From NCBI GenBank assembly GCA_963741205.1, contig CAVUHW010000006.1:64001-128000 (forward strand): a stretch of DNA of 64,000 bases. Direction: 5' to 3'. This DNA comes from Nitrospirota bacterium (GTDB taxonomy: Bacteria > Nitrospirota > UBA9217). This document shows positions 35,497 to 47,241 of the stretch, in pieces. The notes below the pieces were generated by a model. That model was not told where the DNA came from and did no database searches. It saw only the letters and a program-made list of their open reading frames with translations. The position numbers and the translations under genes are program-made. Numbering within the stretch: position 1 is the first letter of the stretch; each line of letters opens with the position of its first letter.

Positions 35497-36006
35497 ATGA
35501 AAAAGATCATCGTAATTGCAGCAGTAGCGCTGGCAGTCATGGGCATGGCCGGCAGCGCACTTGCCGTGACGACGGCACCGGTGTCGCTCACCATTAACGC
35601 CACCGTGTCGCAGAATTGTACGCCCATCGCCCCGAGCACATTAACTCTTGCAGTTGACCCCACGCTTCTTGGCGAAGTGGATTCAACCGGCGGCGATACA
35701 ACCGTCCAATGCGTTATAAATGGTTCACAGTATACAGTTGACGCCGTAAGCGCAGGCAGTGGTAATAGCGGTGTCAGCGGTGTCCTCGTCGGGAGATTGA
35801 AAGCCGGGGGCGCGTCCGATATTCCGTATACATTGTATTATAGGCCGAGCTTTGCAGGTCAGGGAATTGGCTCTGCTGTCCCGATCATCTTCGGCGTCGG
35901 CAGTTCCATCGCGCAGCATGGCGCTGTTATCGGGTCGGGAGCTGCGTCAGCGGCCACGGCCGGAGCTCCTTATACTGATCAAGTCACCTTGACGATTTCC
36001 TACTAG
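35497..36006 (+). CDS. Third SCPU pilin subunit
   Basis: Signal peptide, INATVSQNC, VQC, IPYTLY, YTDQVTLTISY. Confidence 0.8.
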   Translation: MKKIIVIAAVALAVMGMAGSALAVTTAPVSLTINATVSQNCTPIAPSTLTLAVDPTLLGEVDSTGGDTTVQCVINGSQYTVDAVSAGSGNSGVSGVLVGRLKAGGASDIPYTLYYRPSFAGQGIGSAVPIIFGVGSSIAQHGAVIGSGAASAATAGAPYTDQVTLTISY

Positions 36007-36114
36007 GAAAAAAGTTGACAACTGTTCTTTTCGCTTGCAGCCCTCGTGCGGATTCTATAAACTAGATGCGCGAGGGCTCTGTTTTTGACCAGCGCCGGAA
36101 TGGATGGGGCAACC

Positions 36115-37269
36115 ATGCTGTCACTGCGAACCGGGAAATATGTCATTTCTCTATTTTTATTGATTTTCATGACGGGCATGGCCGATACGGCGTCAGCGGC
36201 GCCGCCGTTGAATATTTCACCAAATAATATATCGAACGGCGTGGTGAGCGATCCCTATTCCGCCACCTTGGTGGCATCAAACGGCACAGCGCCGTATTTC
36301 TGGTCCATAACATCGGGCAGTCTTCCTCCAGGGCTTACCTTTATACCAGCCCCGTCGCCATCGCTTACTGCTTTGATATCGGGAACGCCGTTTCTGTCAG
36401 GTACGTATAACTTTACCGTAACTGTTACGGACAGCAGTATTCTTCAGCGGAACGCCAGTGACTCCTACAAAATAATTGTCGTTCCCCCGTGCTCTTTTTT
36501 CGACACGAATGTAGGAAGCCTTTCATTTAATAATATTGACCCGTCCTCAACATCCGGTGCCGCTCTTGCGACCATAATACAGCAAATTAATATTGTTTGT
36601 AAAAACAATATGACCTTTACCGTTACAGCAAATCCCGCAAGCGGATGGACAATAAATAAGGGCGGCTACTCCATACCCTATACCTTGAATTTCACTACGG
36701 GCGGAACCGGCGGCGGCCAGAACGCCCCGATACCATTGCTCACGGCTTCGCCCGCTCCCCAGATTGCCCAGCCTAATTACGTGAACGCTCCGGGCGGAGT
36801 GTATGCGAATAATCAAGCCGTAACGTTTACAATTAGCTGGACACAGGCGGGAGGAGGGTCTATAATTGCGTCGTTGCCGGTCGGCAACGTGAACGGAACG
36901 ATCCTGAATACCTGTTTGGTTTCTCAATCTCCAGGCACCTTAACCTTTAACATCGATCCGTCGGTTTCTGGCTCGATCAGCGCTACGATCTCGCCCGACC
37001 TGCAGATCAAATGCACGAATCTGGCTGGTGTTACCATAACCCCGTCGAGCAAGTGCGGCGGTGCGGTTCCGAAGCTGGACAGCGCATACCCGGCATGCGG
37101 CGGCAATACAATTCCGTACACATTCAACTTTCTCAACAGCACAACAGGCACAGGGTTCGGCGGGACGGGCATCTCCTTGGGCCTCGGCGGATCGGTGAGC
37201 AGCGTGAATTACGCGAATGCCCCTGTGGGAACATACGGGGACCTGCTGACGCTCACGGTCAATTATTAA
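36115..37269 (+). CDS. Putative pilus tip adhesin: He_PIG-type Ig domain plus two SCPU-like domains
   Basis: YSATLVASNGTAPYFWSITSGSLPPGL..ISGTP..GTYNFTVTVTDS, then two C..IDPS..C..IPYT domains ending GTYGDLLTLTVNY; start uncertain. Confidence 0.7.
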   Translation: MLSLRTGKYVISLFLLIFMTGMADTASAAPPLNISPNNISNGVVSDPYSATLVASNGTAPYFWSITSGSLPPGLTFIPAPSPSLTALISGTPFLSGTYNFTVTVTDSSILQRNASDSYKIIVVPPCSFFDTNVGSLSFNNIDPSSTSGAALATIIQQINIVCKNNMTFTVTANPASGWTINKGGYSIPYTLNFTTGGTGGGQNAPIPLLTASPAPQIAQPNYVNAPGGVYANNQAVTFTISWTQAGGGSIIASLPVGNVNGTILNTCLVSQSPGTLTFNIDPSVSGSISATISPDLQIKCTNLAGVTITPSSKCGGAVPKLDSAYPACGGNTIPYTFNFLNSTTGTGFGGTGISLGLGGSVSSVNYANAPVGTYGDLLTLTVNY

Positions 37270-37306
37270 AACATCATAAACAATTTTTCCAAACGAGGTG
37301 GATACT

Positions 37307-38092
37307 ATGTCATCGAAGCGCTTCATTCTTCCTGTATGGGCTCTCGCTGTTCTCTCTTACCTGATTTTAATACCGCTTCAGGGTGTTGCTTCGAATTTCA
37401 ACATCACGCCGACATCGTTGGAATTGTCCGGCAACGTCAAGAGCGGTGTCTTCTCGGTGGTGAACAGCGGCGACGAAAAGCTGAACTGCCAGATCGACTT
37501 AAAGGAATGGAGCCAGGACGTGGAGGGCAAGGACGTCTATACGGAGGCAAAGGATATCGTGTTCTTCCCGAAGATCATGACCGTGGAACCCAATGAACAG
37601 CGGGCCGTCAGGATCGGAATCAAGGGCCCGACTTCGCTCAAGGAGAAGACCTACCGGCTTTTTGTCGAAGAGATTCCGTCGCAGAAAAAGTCGTCGGAGG
37701 CCAAAACCGAAGGGAAGATATCCGCCGGGCTGACTATCGCTTTCCGGTATGCGACGCCAATTTTTGTAAAGCCCGCCAAGCCGCAGGAGAGCGGAGTTAT
37801 CGACAAGGTGGACATGTCGAAGGGCGTTGCCAAGGCAATCGTAAAGAACGAGGGAAATGTCCATTTCAAGCTTCTCACCGTGACCTTCCGGGGAAAAGCC
37901 GCAGACGGCAAGGAATTGTTTTCCAAGGAAGTTGCAGGCTGGTATGTTCTGCAGGGCATGTCGCGGCCGTACGAAACAACAGTCCCGCAAGAAGTCTGCG
38001 CAAACTTGTCCACGATAGAAGTGAATGCCCAAGCTGAGAATACCAAATTCAACGGGTCATTGAATGTTCAGAAAAAGATGTGCACGGAGTAA
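37307..38092 (+). CDS. PapD/CsuC-like periplasmic pilus chaperone
   Basis: FNITPTSLEL, WSQDVEG.D, FFPKI, EKTYRLFVEEIP, PIFV, NEGNVH. Confidence 0.88.
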   Translation: MSSKRFILPVWALAVLSYLILIPLQGVASNFNITPTSLELSGNVKSGVFSVVNSGDEKLNCQIDLKEWSQDVEGKDVYTEAKDIVFFPKIMTVEPNEQRAVRIGIKGPTSLKEKTYRLFVEEIPSQKKSSEAKTEGKISAGLTIAFRYATPIFVKPAKPQESGVIDKVDMSKGVAKAIVKNEGNVHFKLLTVTFRGKAADGKELFSKEVAGWYVLQGMSRPYETTVPQEVCANLSTIEVNAQAENTKFNGSLNVQKKMCTE

Positions 38093-40679
38093 TACGGCCG
38101 CATCGAAGAACATCCGCGTTCCGAATTGGACGCAAGGCTTGTTGATATTTTTTTTTGTCGTCTTAGCAATGTTCGGCGTTTCTATCTCCGCCAGCGCCGA
38201 ACTATCTGCCGGACAGCCTGTTGCCCCGCTTGCACCTAGGCTTGCCTCCGCGGCGTCGGGCGCATCGGCGCCGGAACCTGCCTCGAATTTTCCCCCACTC
38301 CAAAAAGAAACGACCCAGATTATCGTCGGCGTCTCCATCAACACGGAGGCCAAGGGAGATTTCTTTGTAGAACTGGACGAACAGGGCGAACTGTTCATAA
38401 GGGTAGACGACCTCATCGACCTGAAACTCGGGTTCGATCAGAACCGCACGGTGCTTATTCATAACGAAAAATACGCTCCGCTCAGCGCTGTTCGCGACAT
38501 TAAATATACGTTCGACGAAAAAAAGCTGACCGTCGCCATCCTTGGTAAGACCACCGAAAAACGGCAAACAACCATAGACCTCTACCCGGCCCCGGCCAAG
38601 CCGCAGAATGTCTATTATCCCCGCGAAACCAGTGCCTTCGTTAATTACGGGCTCAATTATCTCTATACGAATTCCGCCGGCTTTCAGTCATTCTCCGTGA
38701 CGAACAAACTCGGGGCGAGGACCGGCGATGTTTTCTTTGTTTCCGATTCGCTTTATACGAAAACCGACTCCGGCAGTCAATTCGTGCGGCTTTCCAGCAA
38801 TGCAACCTACGAACGGCGGGACGACCTCCAATGGCTTGTCGTGGGAGACCAGTTTGCGAGTTCGGGTGATCTGGGCGGCACGGTCAATATCGGCGGCATC
38901 GGCTTTTCCAAGGTATACAAGCTGGACCCCTACTTTATCACCCAGCCGATGTTCAACCTCAGAGGGATCACGGCGTATCCTTCCCAGGCCGAGATCTACG
39001 TAGACGGCGTCCTGGCGGGCAGACAGACGATTGCGCCGGGGTCATTCGAGCTCAAGAACATTTATTCCTACGCGGGGGCCCATAACGTCGATATTCTGCT
39101 CAAGGATCCCTTCGGCAACGAGCAGCGCATTTTCTATCCCCTGTATTTCAACGTTCAATTGCTCAGGGAAGGTCTCCATGAATACAGTTACAACGCCGGG
39201 TTTTTGAGAGAACAGTTTGGGGTGAAGAGCAACGATTACGGGAAGCCGGCCTTTTCCGCGTTCCACCGTTACGGCGTTTCGAACTCCCTGAACATCGGGG
39301 CCCGGGCTGAAGGGACGGACGGCGTCTATAACGGCGGAGTTTCCACATCGTTTACGCTGCCCCGCACAGGTAGCTTTACCCTGGCTGCTGCCGCGAGCAG
39401 CGCGGGAAGTGAGCATGGCTCCGCGGGCTCCTTCCAACATTCCTATCAATTCGGCAGTTTCAATACGAACTTGCAAATAAGCGGCTTTTCGCGCGAATAC
39501 TCTACCGTCAGCGTCCCCGCATCCCCTGATATGACCAAATTCCTGGCGAGTCTGGGAGGAGGGTTTCTTGTATCTTCCCTGGGCGGCGTATCCGCCAATT
39601 ATTTGGTTACCGAGACCTACCGAGGCGTTACTACGCGCGTCACATCAGCGTCCTATTCACGGGGGCTGACGAGAACAACCAGCCTCTTCGCGACCGCTTC
39701 GGCAACTCGCGTCCAGGACACGACATACGGTTTTTTTATAGGCCTGAATTTCACCCCGAAAAACGATATCCACGGCGCCGTCCAGTATAACAAGACCGGC
39801 GGTACGGATACGGAAACAGTTCAGATCCAAAAAGACACGCCCATCGGAGAGGGCGTGGGATATCGGGCCTCCCTCAGCCGCTCCGATGCGGGGGCATCGA
39901 CCTCCTATGCGCTGGACCCCTCAATCCAGTATAATGCCAGGTACGGAATCTATTCTTTTGACGCCGTCCTCCAGAATTCCAGCGGCAACACGTCCGAAGC
40001 CTATAACGTTTCCGCCGCCGGCTCGCTCGTGTACGCGGGCGGATTTTACGGCCTCTCGAGGCCGGTCAACGACAGCTTCGGCATCATCATGGTGGGCGAG
40101 GTGCCGAATGCGACGGTACTGAACAACGGCCAGGAAATCGGAAAGACTGATTCATCCGGCACGCTGGTCGTGCCGACGCTTACCTCCTACAGTCAAAATC
40201 AGATCACGCTCGACATGAAAAATACGCCGATGGACTACAGTATTTCAGGTGTAAACGCGAAAATTGCTCCTTCGCTCTGGAGTGGTTCCTGCTTAGCGTT
40301 TGATGCGATCAAAGTGCGCTCCTTGGCGGGAAGCGTGTATGTGAAAAAAGATGATAAGAAAATCGCTCTGGAGTTCGTCGATATAACAATGAAAGTGGGT
40401 GAAAAAGAAGTGACGTTCCCAACAGGCAAGGGCGGGGAATTTTACATGGAAAATACCTTTGCGGATGATTCCAGCAAAGTCGCCGAGGATAAACTGAGCT
40501 GCCGGGCGATCGCTGAACGCAGGAAGACCGGCGGCAACTACATTCATCCCGGAAGCTATCACGCATGGGTTGACACGGAAGGCGGCAGATGCGAATTTGC
40601 CATTTCGTTCCCGGAGACGGAAGACGTGATTACCGACATTGGGGAAGTGCAGTGCATCATGAGAAAGGGAGCAAATTGA
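38064..40679 (+). CDS. Fimbrial outer-membrane usher (CsuD-like); true start uncertain
   Basis: FVNYG, GGIGFSK, LLREGLHEYSYNAG, HRYGVS, SRPVNDSFGI, GKTDSSG, terminal Cys pair. Confidence 0.88.
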   Translation: MFRKRCARSNTAASKNIRVPNWTQGLLIFFFVVLAMFGVSISASAELSAGQPVAPLAPRLASAASGASAPEPASNFPPLQKETTQIIVGVSINTEAKGDFFVELDEQGELFIRVDDLIDLKLGFDQNRTVLIHNEKYAPLSAVRDIKYTFDEKKLTVAILGKTTEKRQTTIDLYPAPAKPQNVYYPRETSAFVNYGLNYLYTNSAGFQSFSVTNKLGARTGDVFFVSDSLYTKTDSGSQFVRLSSNATYERRDDLQWLVVGDQFASSGDLGGTVNIGGIGFSKVYKLDPYFITQPMFNLRGITAYPSQAEIYVDGVLAGRQTIAPGSFELKNIYSYAGAHNVDILLKDPFGNEQRIFYPLYFNVQLLREGLHEYSYNAGFLREQFGVKSNDYGKPAFSAFHRYGVSNSLNIGARAEGTDGVYNGGVSTSFTLPRTGSFTLAAAASSAGSEHGSAGSFQHSYQFGSFNTNLQISGFSREYSTVSVPASPDMTKFLASLGGGFLVSSLGGVSANYLVTETYRGVTTRVTSASYSRGLTRTTSLFATASATRVQDTTYGFFIGLNFTPKNDIHGAVQYNKTGGTDTETVQIQKDTPIGEGVGYRASLSRSDAGASTSYALDPSIQYNARYGIYSFDAVLQNSSGNTSEAYNVSAAGSLVYAGGFYGLSRPVNDSFGIIMVGEVPNATVLNNGQEIGKTDSSGTLVVPTLTSYSQNQITLDMKNTPMDYSISGVNAKIAPSLWSGSCLAFDAIKVRSLAGSVYVKKDDKKIALEFVDITMKVGEKEVTFPTGKGGEFYMENTFADDSSKVAEDKLSCRAIAERRKTGGNYIHPGSYHAWVDTEGGRCEFAISFPETEDVITDIGEVQCIMRKGAN

Positions 40680-40910
40680 CGTCCTCCCCGGCCTGAAGGC
40701 CGAGCATTCCAATGACTATCCTTGCCAGCTTCCGCTGCAAGAAAGCGGCAGAAATCCCGTAGTGTGACAGTAAGCGGCCCCTTAAGACCAGGGGAAACAA
40801 TATTTCTGCCGTCTTGACTCAAAAAAGAGCTTCTCAACCTTCAGTCTCCTTAATCTCTCCATCCTTTTCAGGCGCCTCCGCTTCCCCGGGCTCATTAGCC
40901 GTATTTCTGA

Positions 40911-40940
40911 TTGACACTTCTTGAAAGTATCTGGTATAGT
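40911..40940 (+). promoter_or_regulatory. trp operon sigma70 promoter
   Basis: TTGACA-18bp-TATAGT about 30 nt upstream of the trpE ATG. Confidence 0.65.
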
Positions 40941-40969
40941 ACGCAATCCTCTGGTTTTCAAGGAGTTTT

Positions 40970-42459
<1,490 letters not shown>

Positions 42460-42472
42460 GAAATAACGTTGA

Positions 42473-42610
42473 AACCACGGGTTCTGCTTACCCCGCTCCG
42501 TGTCAGATGCTAATAGATGCGGACGAAGGCAGAACACACGGATAAACACGGTTGGAAAAAGCAAAATTTGAATTTAGTTTTACCGTGTGCGACGGAGTCG
42601 CCTGTGAGTT
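42473..42610. repeat. AACCAC-GAT-AACACGG family inverted repeat, degenerate copy A (trpE-trpG)
   Basis: aaccac[insert]..cacggataaacacgg ... accgtgtg..cctgtgagtt. Confidence 0.5.
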
Positions 42611-42629
42611 ACTACTGTTTGAGGTTCTT

Positions 42630-43194
42630 ATGTTGCTGATGATCGACAATTACGACTCCTTCACGTACAACCTGGTCCAGTATTTCGGCGAACTGGGCCA
42701 GGACCTGAAGGTGTACCGCAACAACAAGATCACGATCTCCGAGATCGAGAGAGATGGCCCCGGACCGCATCGTGGTGTCGCCGGGGCCGTGCACGCCCAA
42801 GGAGGCGGGTGTCTCCATCGAAGTGATCAGACATTTCACGGGCAAGGTCCCGATCCTGGGCGTCTGCCTCGGCCATCAGGCCATCGGCGACGCCTTCGGC
42901 GGGGACGTGATCCGCGCTCCCTACCTCATGCACGGCAAGACCTCGATGATCCACCACGACGGCAAGACCATCTTTGCCGGTCTCCAGAATCCCTTCGAGG
43001 CAACGCGCTACCATTCGCTCATTATCAAGCGTGAGACCCTGCCGCCGGTGCTCGAAGTCTCTGCCTGGACGGACGATGGCATCATCATGGGCGTGCGGCA
43101 CCGGCAGCACAAGCTCGAGGGCGTGCAGTTCCATCCCGAGTCGATCCTGACCGGGGCGGGGAAGGACCTCTTGAGGAACTTTTTGAAACTGTGA
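42630..43194 (+). CDS. trpG: Anthranilate synthase component II (TrpG/PabA); frameshift near 42750
   Basis: [34 protein letters not shown]. Confidence 0.92.
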
Positions 43195-43199
43195 TTACT

Positions 43200-43361
43200 A
43201 ACCACACCCTGCACTCGCGGTTCCACTCGTAAACGCTGGGCGCAGGCAGATGAACACGGTTACGGCTATGCCGTAAACACGGATAAAGGCAATTGGTTTT
43301 TTAACCAAGGCCTTGCTTTCATCTGTGATGCGAAGCCCGTGTGAGCGAAGCTCCTGTGGTT
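43200..43361. repeat. AACCAC family inverted repeat, copy B (trpG-trpD)
   Basis: aaccac[insert]agatgaacacgg..aaacacggataaa ... ttcatctgtg..ccgtgt..ctgtggtt. Confidence 0.6.
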
Positions 43362-43378
43362 CAATGTCAGAGGTTCTT

Positions 43379-44394
43379 ATGATCAAGGAAGCCATCGCCA
43401 AGGTCGTTGCAAAGACCAACCTCACCGAGGCCGAAGCCGAGGCCGTGATGCGCGAGATCATGCAGGGAGAGGCGACGGACGCCCAGATCGCCTCGTACAT
43501 CACCGCGCTCCGCATGAAGGGCGAGACCGTGGATGAGATCACCGGCTCCGCCCGGGTCATGCGCGAGAAGGCCGTGCCGATCAGGATCGATGCGAAATAC
43601 CAGCTCGACACCTGCGGGACCGGCGGCGACATGGCGCATACCTTCAATATTTCCACGACCGCCGCGTTCGTGGTCGCCGGCGCCGGCGTGACCGTGGCGA
43701 AGCACGGAAACCGCTCGGTCTCGAGCAAGAGCGGCAGCGCCGACGTGCTCCAGGCCCTGGGCGTCAACATCGAGGTCCCTGCCCACCGTGTCGAAGAATG
43801 CATGCGGGAGGTGGGCATCGGTTTCCTCTTCGCTCCCCTGATGCACCAGGCCATGAAGTTCGCCATCGGGCCGCGCCGCGAGGTCGGCATCCGCACCATC
43901 TTCAACGTGCTCGGTCCGCTCACCAATCCTGCAAGGGTCAAGTCCCAGATCATGGGCGTCTACGCGGCGGACCTGACCGGCCCCCTCGCCCGGGCGTTGG
44001 GGAACCTCGGCACCGTCCACGCCTTCGTGGTGCATGGGATGGACGGGCTTGACGAGATCACGATCACGGACAGGACCAAGGTCTCGGAGTTCACGAACGG
44101 GACGGTGAAGGACTATTTCATCCATCCGTCGGAGTTCGGCATTACCCGCCGGCAAGGCCGAAGACCTCAAAGGGGGGGATGCAAAGGACAATGCAGCCAT
44201 CTCCGTGGAGATCCTGAAAGGCCGGAAAGGCGCGCAGCCGGGACATCGTTCTCCTGAACGCGGCTGCCGGGCTCGTTGCTTCTGGCAGGGCCGCGGATTT
44301 CCCGGCGGGGATCAAACTGGCGGGGGAATCGATCGATTCCGGTTCCGCACTCAAGAAGCTGGAAGAGCTGAAGGCGTTTACGAATAAAGCGTAA
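43379..44394 (+). CDS. trpD: Anthranilate phosphoribosyltransferase; frameshifts near 44145 and 44235
   Basis: [46 protein letters not shown]. Confidence 0.93.
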
Positions 44395-44403
44395 AAAAAT
44401 ATT

Positions 44404-44495
44404 TAACCACCGATGAACACGGATAAATAATTATGAAAGACGGTAAAACCGGAGAAGATTAAATATTGTGATGTATCCGTGTTCATCCGTGGTTA
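44404..44495. repeat. AACCAC family inverted repeat, copy C (trpD-trpC), cleanest copy
   Basis: taaccaccgatgaacacggata / tatccgtgttcatccgtggtta (21 of 22 complementary) around an AT-rich spacer. Confidence 0.85.
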
Positions 44496-44507
44496 CCTGT
44501 TCAGTAC

Positions 44508-45287
44508 ATGATCTTAGACGACATCATCGCGAACAAAAAAGAAGAGTTGGCGGAGACCAAGAGCCGCGTTTCTCTCGCCGATATCAAAGCGAAGGCGGCT
44601 GATGCCGGGCCGGTGCGGGGTTTTGGTGCCGCGCTTTCAAAGGGGCCGGGGATCGGGCTCATCGCGGAGATAAAGAAGGCATCTCCGTCCAAGGGCGTGA
44701 TCCGCGAAGATTTCGATCCCTTGGCAATCGCGCGGATTTATGCGGAGTCGGGTGCGTCATGTATTTCGGTCCTGACGGAACAGAGATTTTTCCAGGGGAA
44801 GATCGAGTATCTCGAGATGGTCCGGAAAGCCCAGTGGCTGCCGCTCCTTCGCAAGGATTTCATCATTGACGAGTACCAGATATTCGAGGCGCGTGCCGCG
44901 GGCGCAGACGCAATCCTGCTGATCGCGGCCTGCCTGGAGAAACGGCAGATTGAGGATTTTCTCGGCATCGCAGCCCGACTCGGCCTCGACGTCCTGGTCG
45001 AGTCCCATACGTACCGGGAGTTGGACAAGTCGCTTCTTGCCGGGGCGACACTGGTGGGGATCAATAACCGTGATCTCTCGACCTTTACGGTCAGCCTCCA
45101 AACCACGCTCGATCTCCTGAAGGACATACCCGAAGACCGGACGGTTGTGAGCGAGAGCGGCATCAAGACGAGGGACGATGTGGTGAAGCTCGAGAAAGCG
45201 GGAGTGGACGCGATCCTCGTCGGCGAGGGCCTGATGAGGGAGAAGGACATCGGGAAAAAGGTGAAAGAACTTTTAGGAAAGGAATGA
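44508..45287 (+). CDS. trpC: Indole-3-glycerol phosphate synthase
   Basis: IAEIKKASPSKG, SVLTE, LRKDFI, GINNRDL, SESGI. Confidence 0.96.
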   Translation: MILDDIIANKKEELAETKSRVSLADIKAKAADAGPVRGFGAALSKGPGIGLIAEIKKASPSKGVIREDFDPLAIARIYAESGASCISVLTEQRFFQGKIEYLEMVRKAQWLPLLRKDFIIDEYQIFEARAAGADAILLIAACLEKRQIEDFLGIAARLGLDVLVESHTYRELDKSLLAGATLVGINNRDLSTFTVSLQTTLDLLKDIPEDRTVVSESGIKTRDDVVKLEKAGVDAILVGEGLMREKDIGKKVKELLGKE

Positions 45288-45289
45288 AA

Positions 45290-45353
45290 TAACCACAGAT
45301 AAACACAGTGAAAACAACGAACTTGGATTTGATTTGTTGTTCATCCGTGGTTA
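45290..45353. repeat. AACCAC family inverted repeat, copy D (trpC-trpF)
   Basis: taaccacagataaaca ... tgttcatccgtggtta. Confidence 0.75.
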
Positions 45354-45364
45354 CACAAAACCCT

Positions 45365-45986
45365 ATGATAAAAATCAAAATCTGCGGCATCACCAATCCT
45401 GGAAGACGCACTTGCGGCGGCCGCCGCCGGGGCCGATGCGCTCGGGTTCAACTTCTACAAGAAGAGCCCGCGCTGCATCGAGCCGTCAAAAGCGGCCGAG
45501 ATCATCGACCAACTGCCTCCCTTCATCGTGCCCGTGGGCGTATTCGTGAATGAACGGGAGGACAAGATCCGTGAAATCCTGGCATCGACCGGCATTCAGG
45601 CCATCCAGTTTCACGGCGACGAGAGTCCCGAGTTCTGCCAGCGGTTCGGCGGGCGCGTCATCAAGGCGTTTCAGGTCAAGGACAAGGAAAGCCTCAAGAA
45701 CATGGCGCACTACCGGGTGGGCGCATTCCTGCTCGACAGCTACAAGGACGGCATTCGCGGCGGGACCGGCGTCGCCTTCGACTGGCACCTGGCCGTGGTC
45801 GCAAAGACCTTCGGCAAGGTGATCCTCGCCGGCGGACTCACGCCCGAGAACGTGTCCGAAGCCGTGAAACTCGTTCAGCCGTACGGCGTTGACGTGACGG
45901 GCGGCGTAGAAAAGGAAAAGGGCATCAAGGACCACGCGAAGATCAAAAGATTCATTACCGAGGTCCGAAGGGCGTCACGACCATGA
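45365..45986 (+). CDS. trpF: Phosphoribosylanthranilate isomerase; frameshift near 45400
   Basis: KICGIT, VGVFVN, QFHGDE, GGTG..FDW, LAGGL.PENV. Confidence 0.92.
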
Positions 45987-47173
45987 ATATTCCGGATAAA
46001 AAAGGTCACTTCGGCGTCTACGGCGGGAAGTTCGCGCCCGAGACGCTGATGCCGGCGCTCGCCGAGCTTGAGGCCGCGTACCTTGCGGCAAAGAAGGACA
46101 AGGAGTTCCTGGCCGAGCTTGATTTCTACTTTCGCGAGTTCATCGGCCGTCCCACGCCTCTTTATTTCGCCAAACGCCTGACCGAGCACCTGGGCGGCGC
46201 GAAGATCTACCTGAAGCGCGAGGACCTCTGCCACACGGGCGCGCACAAGATCAATAACTCCCTGGCGCAGGTCCTGCTCGCCCGGCGCATGGGCAAGACC
46301 CGCGTGGTCGCCGAGACCGGCGCGGGTCAGCACGGCGTGGCCACGGCCACGGCGGCGGCCATGTTCGGGCTCGACTGCGAAGTCTATATGGGCACCGACG
46401 ACGTGGCGCGACAGTCCTTGAACGTCTTCCGCATGAAACTCCTGGGCACTATTGTGCGGCCCGTGGACCTGGGAAGCAAAACGCTCAAGGACGCCATCAA
46501 CGAGGCCATGCGGGACTGGATCACGAACGTGGCGAACACGCACTACGTGCTGGGCACGGTCTTCGGCCCCCATCCTTTCCCCGTGATGGTGCGCGATTTT
46601 CAGTCCGTGATCGGCCGCGAGGCGAAAAAGCAGATCATGAAATTCGAAGGCAGGCTGCCGGACGCCCTGATCGCCTGCGTGGGGGGCGGGTCGAACTCCA
46701 TGGGCCTGTTCTACGAATTTCTCGATGAACCCGCCGTCAAGATGTACGGCATCGAGGCCGGCGGCCTCGGGATCGAGCCGGGCAGGCACGCGGCCCGTTT
46801 CGCCGGCGGTTCGCTCGGCGTATTGCAGGGCTCCAAGACGTTCGTGCTCCAGGACAAGGACGGCCAGATCGATCTTACCCATTCGGTTTCCGCCGGTCTG
46901 GATTATGCGGCGGTCGGGCCGGAGCACGCCTACTATCATGATACCGGCCGCATCGAGTACACCTATGCCGTCGACGAAGAGGCGATGGAGGCCTTCGACC
47001 TCCTTTCCCGCCTCGAGGGAATCATCCCGGCCTTGGAGAGCGCGCACGCAGTCGCCTATTGTCTCAAGCTGGCGCCCACACTCGGCAGGGACAAGGTCAT
47101 CATCGTGAACCTCTCTGGCCGCGGGGACAAGGACGTGATGCAGGTGGCGAAGATCAAGGGCGTGGAACTTTAG
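45983..47173 (+). CDS. trpB: Tryptophan synthase beta chain
   Basis: [40 protein letters not shown]. Confidence 0.97.
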   Translation: MNIPDKKGHFGVYGGKFAPETLMPALAELEAAYLAAKKDKEFLAELDFYFREFIGRPTPLYFAKRLTEHLGGAKIYLKREDLCHTGAHKINNSLAQVLLARRMGKTRVVAETGAGQHGVATATAAAMFGLDCEVYMGTDDVARQSLNVFRMKLLGTIVRPVDLGSKTLKDAINEAMRDWITNVANTHYVLGTVFGPHPFPVMVRDFQSVIGREAKKQIMKFEGRLPDALIACVGGGSNSMGLFYEFLDEPAVKMYGIEAGGLGIEPGRHAARFAGGSLGVLQGSKTFVLQDKDGQIDLTHSVSAGLDYAAVGPEHAYYHDTGRIEYTYAVDEEAMEAFDLLSRLEGIIPALESAHAVAYCLKLAPTLGRDKVIIVNLSGRGDKDVMQVAKIKGVEL

Positions 47174-47241
47174 ATCATTTCGAGAATAGCGGACTATGCG
47201 GATTGCGGAATTGAGAATCAATCCGAATCATCAGAGGATAT

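Noticed and set aside
33803-40910. att sites, integrase or IS bounding the pilus island
   Set aside because: No flanking direct repeats, tRNA or mobility gene could be found.
42473-45353. CRISPR interpretation of the repeated trp intergenic motifs
   Set aside because: The repeats are inverted and separated by whole genes, with no regular spacers or cas genes.
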